DNA of 64,000 nucleotides, taken from NCBI GenBank assembly GCA_038087875.1, contig CM075994.1:9052001-9116000 (forward strand), given 5' to 3'. The position numbers and the translations under genes were made by a program. Origin of the DNA: Malacoraja senta (taxonomy: Eukaryota). The notes under the pieces were generated by a model. The model did no database searches. It saw only the letters and a program-made list of their open reading frames with translations, and was not told where the DNA came from. Numbering within the stretch: the first letter of the stretch is position 1; the number at the start of each line of letters is the position of its first letter. Shown here one piece after another: positions 60,850 through 64,000 of this stretch.

Positions 60850-63420
60850 CGTGGCTGACAGGAGATGGCATCAAACAGGAAATTAGAAATGCGTGCAACA
60901 AAGGCAAAACAGTTATAATGGGTGACTTCAATCTACATATAGATTGGGTGAATCAAATTGGCAGGGGTGCTGAGGAAGAGGATTTCTTGGAATGTATGAG
61001 GGATAGTTATCTAAACCAACATGTAGAGGAACCAACGAGAGAGCAGGCTATTCTAGACTCGGTATTGAGTAATGAGGAAGGGTTAGTTAGCAGTCTTGTT
61101 GTGCGTGCCCCCTTGGGCAAGAGTGACCATAATATGGTTGAGTTCTTCATTAGGATGGAGAGTGACATTGTTAATTCAGAAACAACGGTTCTGAACTTAA
61201 AGAAAGGTAACTTTGAGGGTATGAGACGTGAATTGGCCAAGATTGACTGGCAATTAGTTCTAAAAGGTTGACGGTGGATATGCAATGGAAGGCATTTAAA
61301 GACTGCATGGATGAACTACAAAAATTGTTCATCCCAGTTTGGCAAAAGAATAAATCAGGGAAGGTAGTGCATCCGTGGATAACAAGGGAAATCAGGGATA
61401 GTATCAAAGCAAAAGATGATGCGTACAAATTAGCCAGAAAAAGCAGCATACCAGAGGACTGGGAGAAATTCAGCGACCAGTAGAGGAGGACAAAGGGCTT
61501 AATTAGGAAAGGGAAAATAGATGATGAAAGGAAACTGGCAGGGAACATAAAAACGGACTGCAAAAGTTTTTATAGATATGTGAAGAGAAAGAGATTAGTT
61601 AAAACAAATGTAGGTCCCTTGCACTCAGAAAAAGGTGAATTGATCATGGGGAACAAGGATATGGCGGACCAATTGAATAACTACTTTGGTTCCGTCTTCA
61701 CTAAGGAAGACATAAATAATCTGCCGGAAATAGCAGGGGGCCGCGGGTCAAAGGAGATGGAGGAACTGAGTGAAATCCAGGTTAGTCGGGAAGTGGTGTT
61801 GAGTAAATTGAATGGATTAAAGGCCGATAAATCACCAGGGCCAGATAGGCTGCATCCCAAAGTACTTAAGGAAGTAGCTCCAGAAATAGTGGATGCATTA
61901 GTGATAATTTTTCAAAACTCTTTAGATTCTGGAGTAGTTCCTGAGGATTGGAGGGTAGCAAACGTAACCCCACTTTTTAAGAAGGGAGGGAGAGAGAAAA
62001 CGGGGAATTACAGACCAGTTAGTCTAACATCGGTAGTGGGGAAACTACTAGAGTCAGTTATTAAAGATGGGATAGCAGCACATTTGGAAAGTGGTGAAAT
62101 CATTGGACAAAGTCAGCATGGATTTACGAAAGGTAAATCGTGTCTGACGCATCTTATATAATTTTTCGAGGATGTAACTAGTAGAGTGGATAGGGGAGAA
62201 CCAGTGGATGTGTTGTATCTGGACTTTCAGAAGGCTTTCGACAAGGTACCACAAAAGAGATTAGGATACAAACTTAAATCACACGGTATTGGGAGTTCAG
62301 TATTGATGTGGATAGAGAACTGGCTGGCAAACAGGAAGAAAAGAGTAGGAGTAAACGGATCCTTTTCACAATGGCAGGCAGTGACTAGTGGGGTACCGCA
62401 AGGCTCAGTGCTGGGACCCCAGCTATTTACAATTTATATTAATGATCTGGACGAGGGAATTGAAAGCAACATCTCCAAGTTTGCGGATGACACTAAGCTG
62501 GGGGGCAGTGTTAGCTGTGAGGAGGATGCTAGGAGACTGCAAGGTGACTTGGATAGGCTGGGTGAGTGGGCAGATGTTTGGCAGATGCAGTATAATGTGG
62601 ATAAATGTGAGGTTATCCACTTTGGTGGCAAAAACGGGAAGGCAGACTATTATCTAAATGGTGGCCGATTAGGAAATGGGGAGATGCAGCGAGACCTGGG
62701 TGTCATGGTACACCACTCATTGAAAGTAGGCATGCAGGTGGTATGTTGGCCTTCATAGCAAGCGAATGGTATGTTGGCCTTCAGAGCAAGAGGATTTGAG
62801 TATAGGAGCAGGGAGGTTCCACTGCAGTTGTACAGGGTCTTGGTGAGACCACACCTGGAGTATTGCGTACAGTTTTGATCTCCAAATCTGAGGAAGGACA
62901 TTATAGCCATAGAGGGAGTGCAAAGAAGGTTCACCAGACTGATTCCTGGGATGTCAGGACTTTCATATGAAGAAAGACTGGATAGACTTGGCTTATACTC
63001 GCTAGAATTTAGGAGATTGAGAGGGGATCTTATAGAAGCGTACACAATTCTTATGGGGTTGGACAGGCTAGATGCAGGAAGATTGTTCCCGGTGTTGGGG
63101 AAGTCCAGGACAAGGGGTCACAGCTTAAGGATAAGGGGGAAATCCTTTAAGACCGAGATGAGGAAAAACGTTTTCACACAGAGAGTGGTGAATCTCTGGA
63201 ACTCTCTGCCACAGAGGGTAGTTGAGGCCAGTTCATTGGCTATATTTAAGAGGGAGTTAGATGTGGCCCTTGTGGCTAAAGGGATCAGGGGGTATGGAGA
63301 GAAGGCAGGTACGGGATACTGAGTTGGATGATCAGCCATGATCATATTGAATGGCGGTGCAGGCTCGAAGGGCCGAATGGCCTACTCCTGCACCTATTTT
63401 CTACGTATCTATGTATCTAT
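60850..63420 (+). mobile_element. CR1/HER1-like LINE (~2.6 kb, APE part and RT), degenerate
   Basis: ORFs 60780-61271, 61580-62161, 62186-62758, 62918-63322; (ATCTATGT) tail; very similar to 4335-6297. Confidence 0.95.
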
Positions 63421-64000
63421 GTTAGGGATAGAATAAAACTAAAAGGAAAGATGTATAACACAGCAAAGTGTAGCCGGAAGCCAGTGGATTGGGAAAATTT
63501 CATATGACAACAGAAGGAAACAAAGCGGGCAATACGGGCTGAAAAGTTGAAGTACGAGGGAAAGCTGGCCAGGAATATAGAGAAGGACAGTAAAAGCTTC
63601 TTTACATATGTTAAGGGAAAAAGAATAGCAAAGTCAAATGTGGGTCCCTTGAAGGCAGACACGGGTGAAATTATTTGGGTAACAAGGAAATGGCAGAAGA
63701 ATTGAACAGGTACTTCGGATCTGTCTTCACTAAGGAAGACATAAACAATCTGCCAGATGTACTGGGGGACAGAGGATCTAAGGGGGTAGAGGAACTGAAA
63801 TAAATTTTCATTAGTCGAGAAATGCCATTTGGTAGGCTAAAGGGACTGAAGGATGATAAATCCCCTGCGCCTGTAGGTCTGCATCCCAGGGTCCTCAGGG
63901 AGGTGGCTGTAGAAATAGTAGACGCATTGGCGATCATTTTCCAATGTTCAAAAGATTCAGGATCAGTTCCTGTGGATTGGAGGATAGCTAATGTTATTCC
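63421..64000 (+). mobile_element. Second CR1-like LINE fragment running off the window
   Basis: Closely matches the reverse complement of ~8680-9265. Confidence 0.9.

Overview
Vertebrate genomic DNA, almost certainly an elasmobranch (shark/skate/ray). The basis is abundant HE1-like tRNA-derived SINEs, HER1/CR1-like LINEs and Penelope GIY-YIG relics, which produce most ORF-track entries. Among the repeats is a cluster of three immunoglobulin-superfamily receptor genes with VJ-type V domains encoded in a single exon, resembling NKp30/NCR3. Gene 1 (+, ~2.7-14.3 kb) has a leader, two tandem V exons (the first lacks its splice donor), a transmembrane exon with a charged Lys and a short tail without ITIMs, so it looks activating. 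Gene 2 (+, ~25.7-34.5 kb) and gene 3 (-, ~56.6-47.5 kb) have a neutral TM, a micro-exon and a terminal exon with 3 or 4 ITIMs, so they look inhibitory. Genes 2 and 3 lie tail-to-tail in a ~44-kb quasi-palindrome. The V exons end in copy-number-variable 36-bp repeats carrying in-frame GTAAGT donors. As assembled, gene 2 has a 1-nt frameshift in its micro-exon and gene 3 has two frameshifts in its V exon. Exon structures were read by eye with no transcript data, N gaps hide all leader donor sites, and family names come from motif recognition, not database searches.
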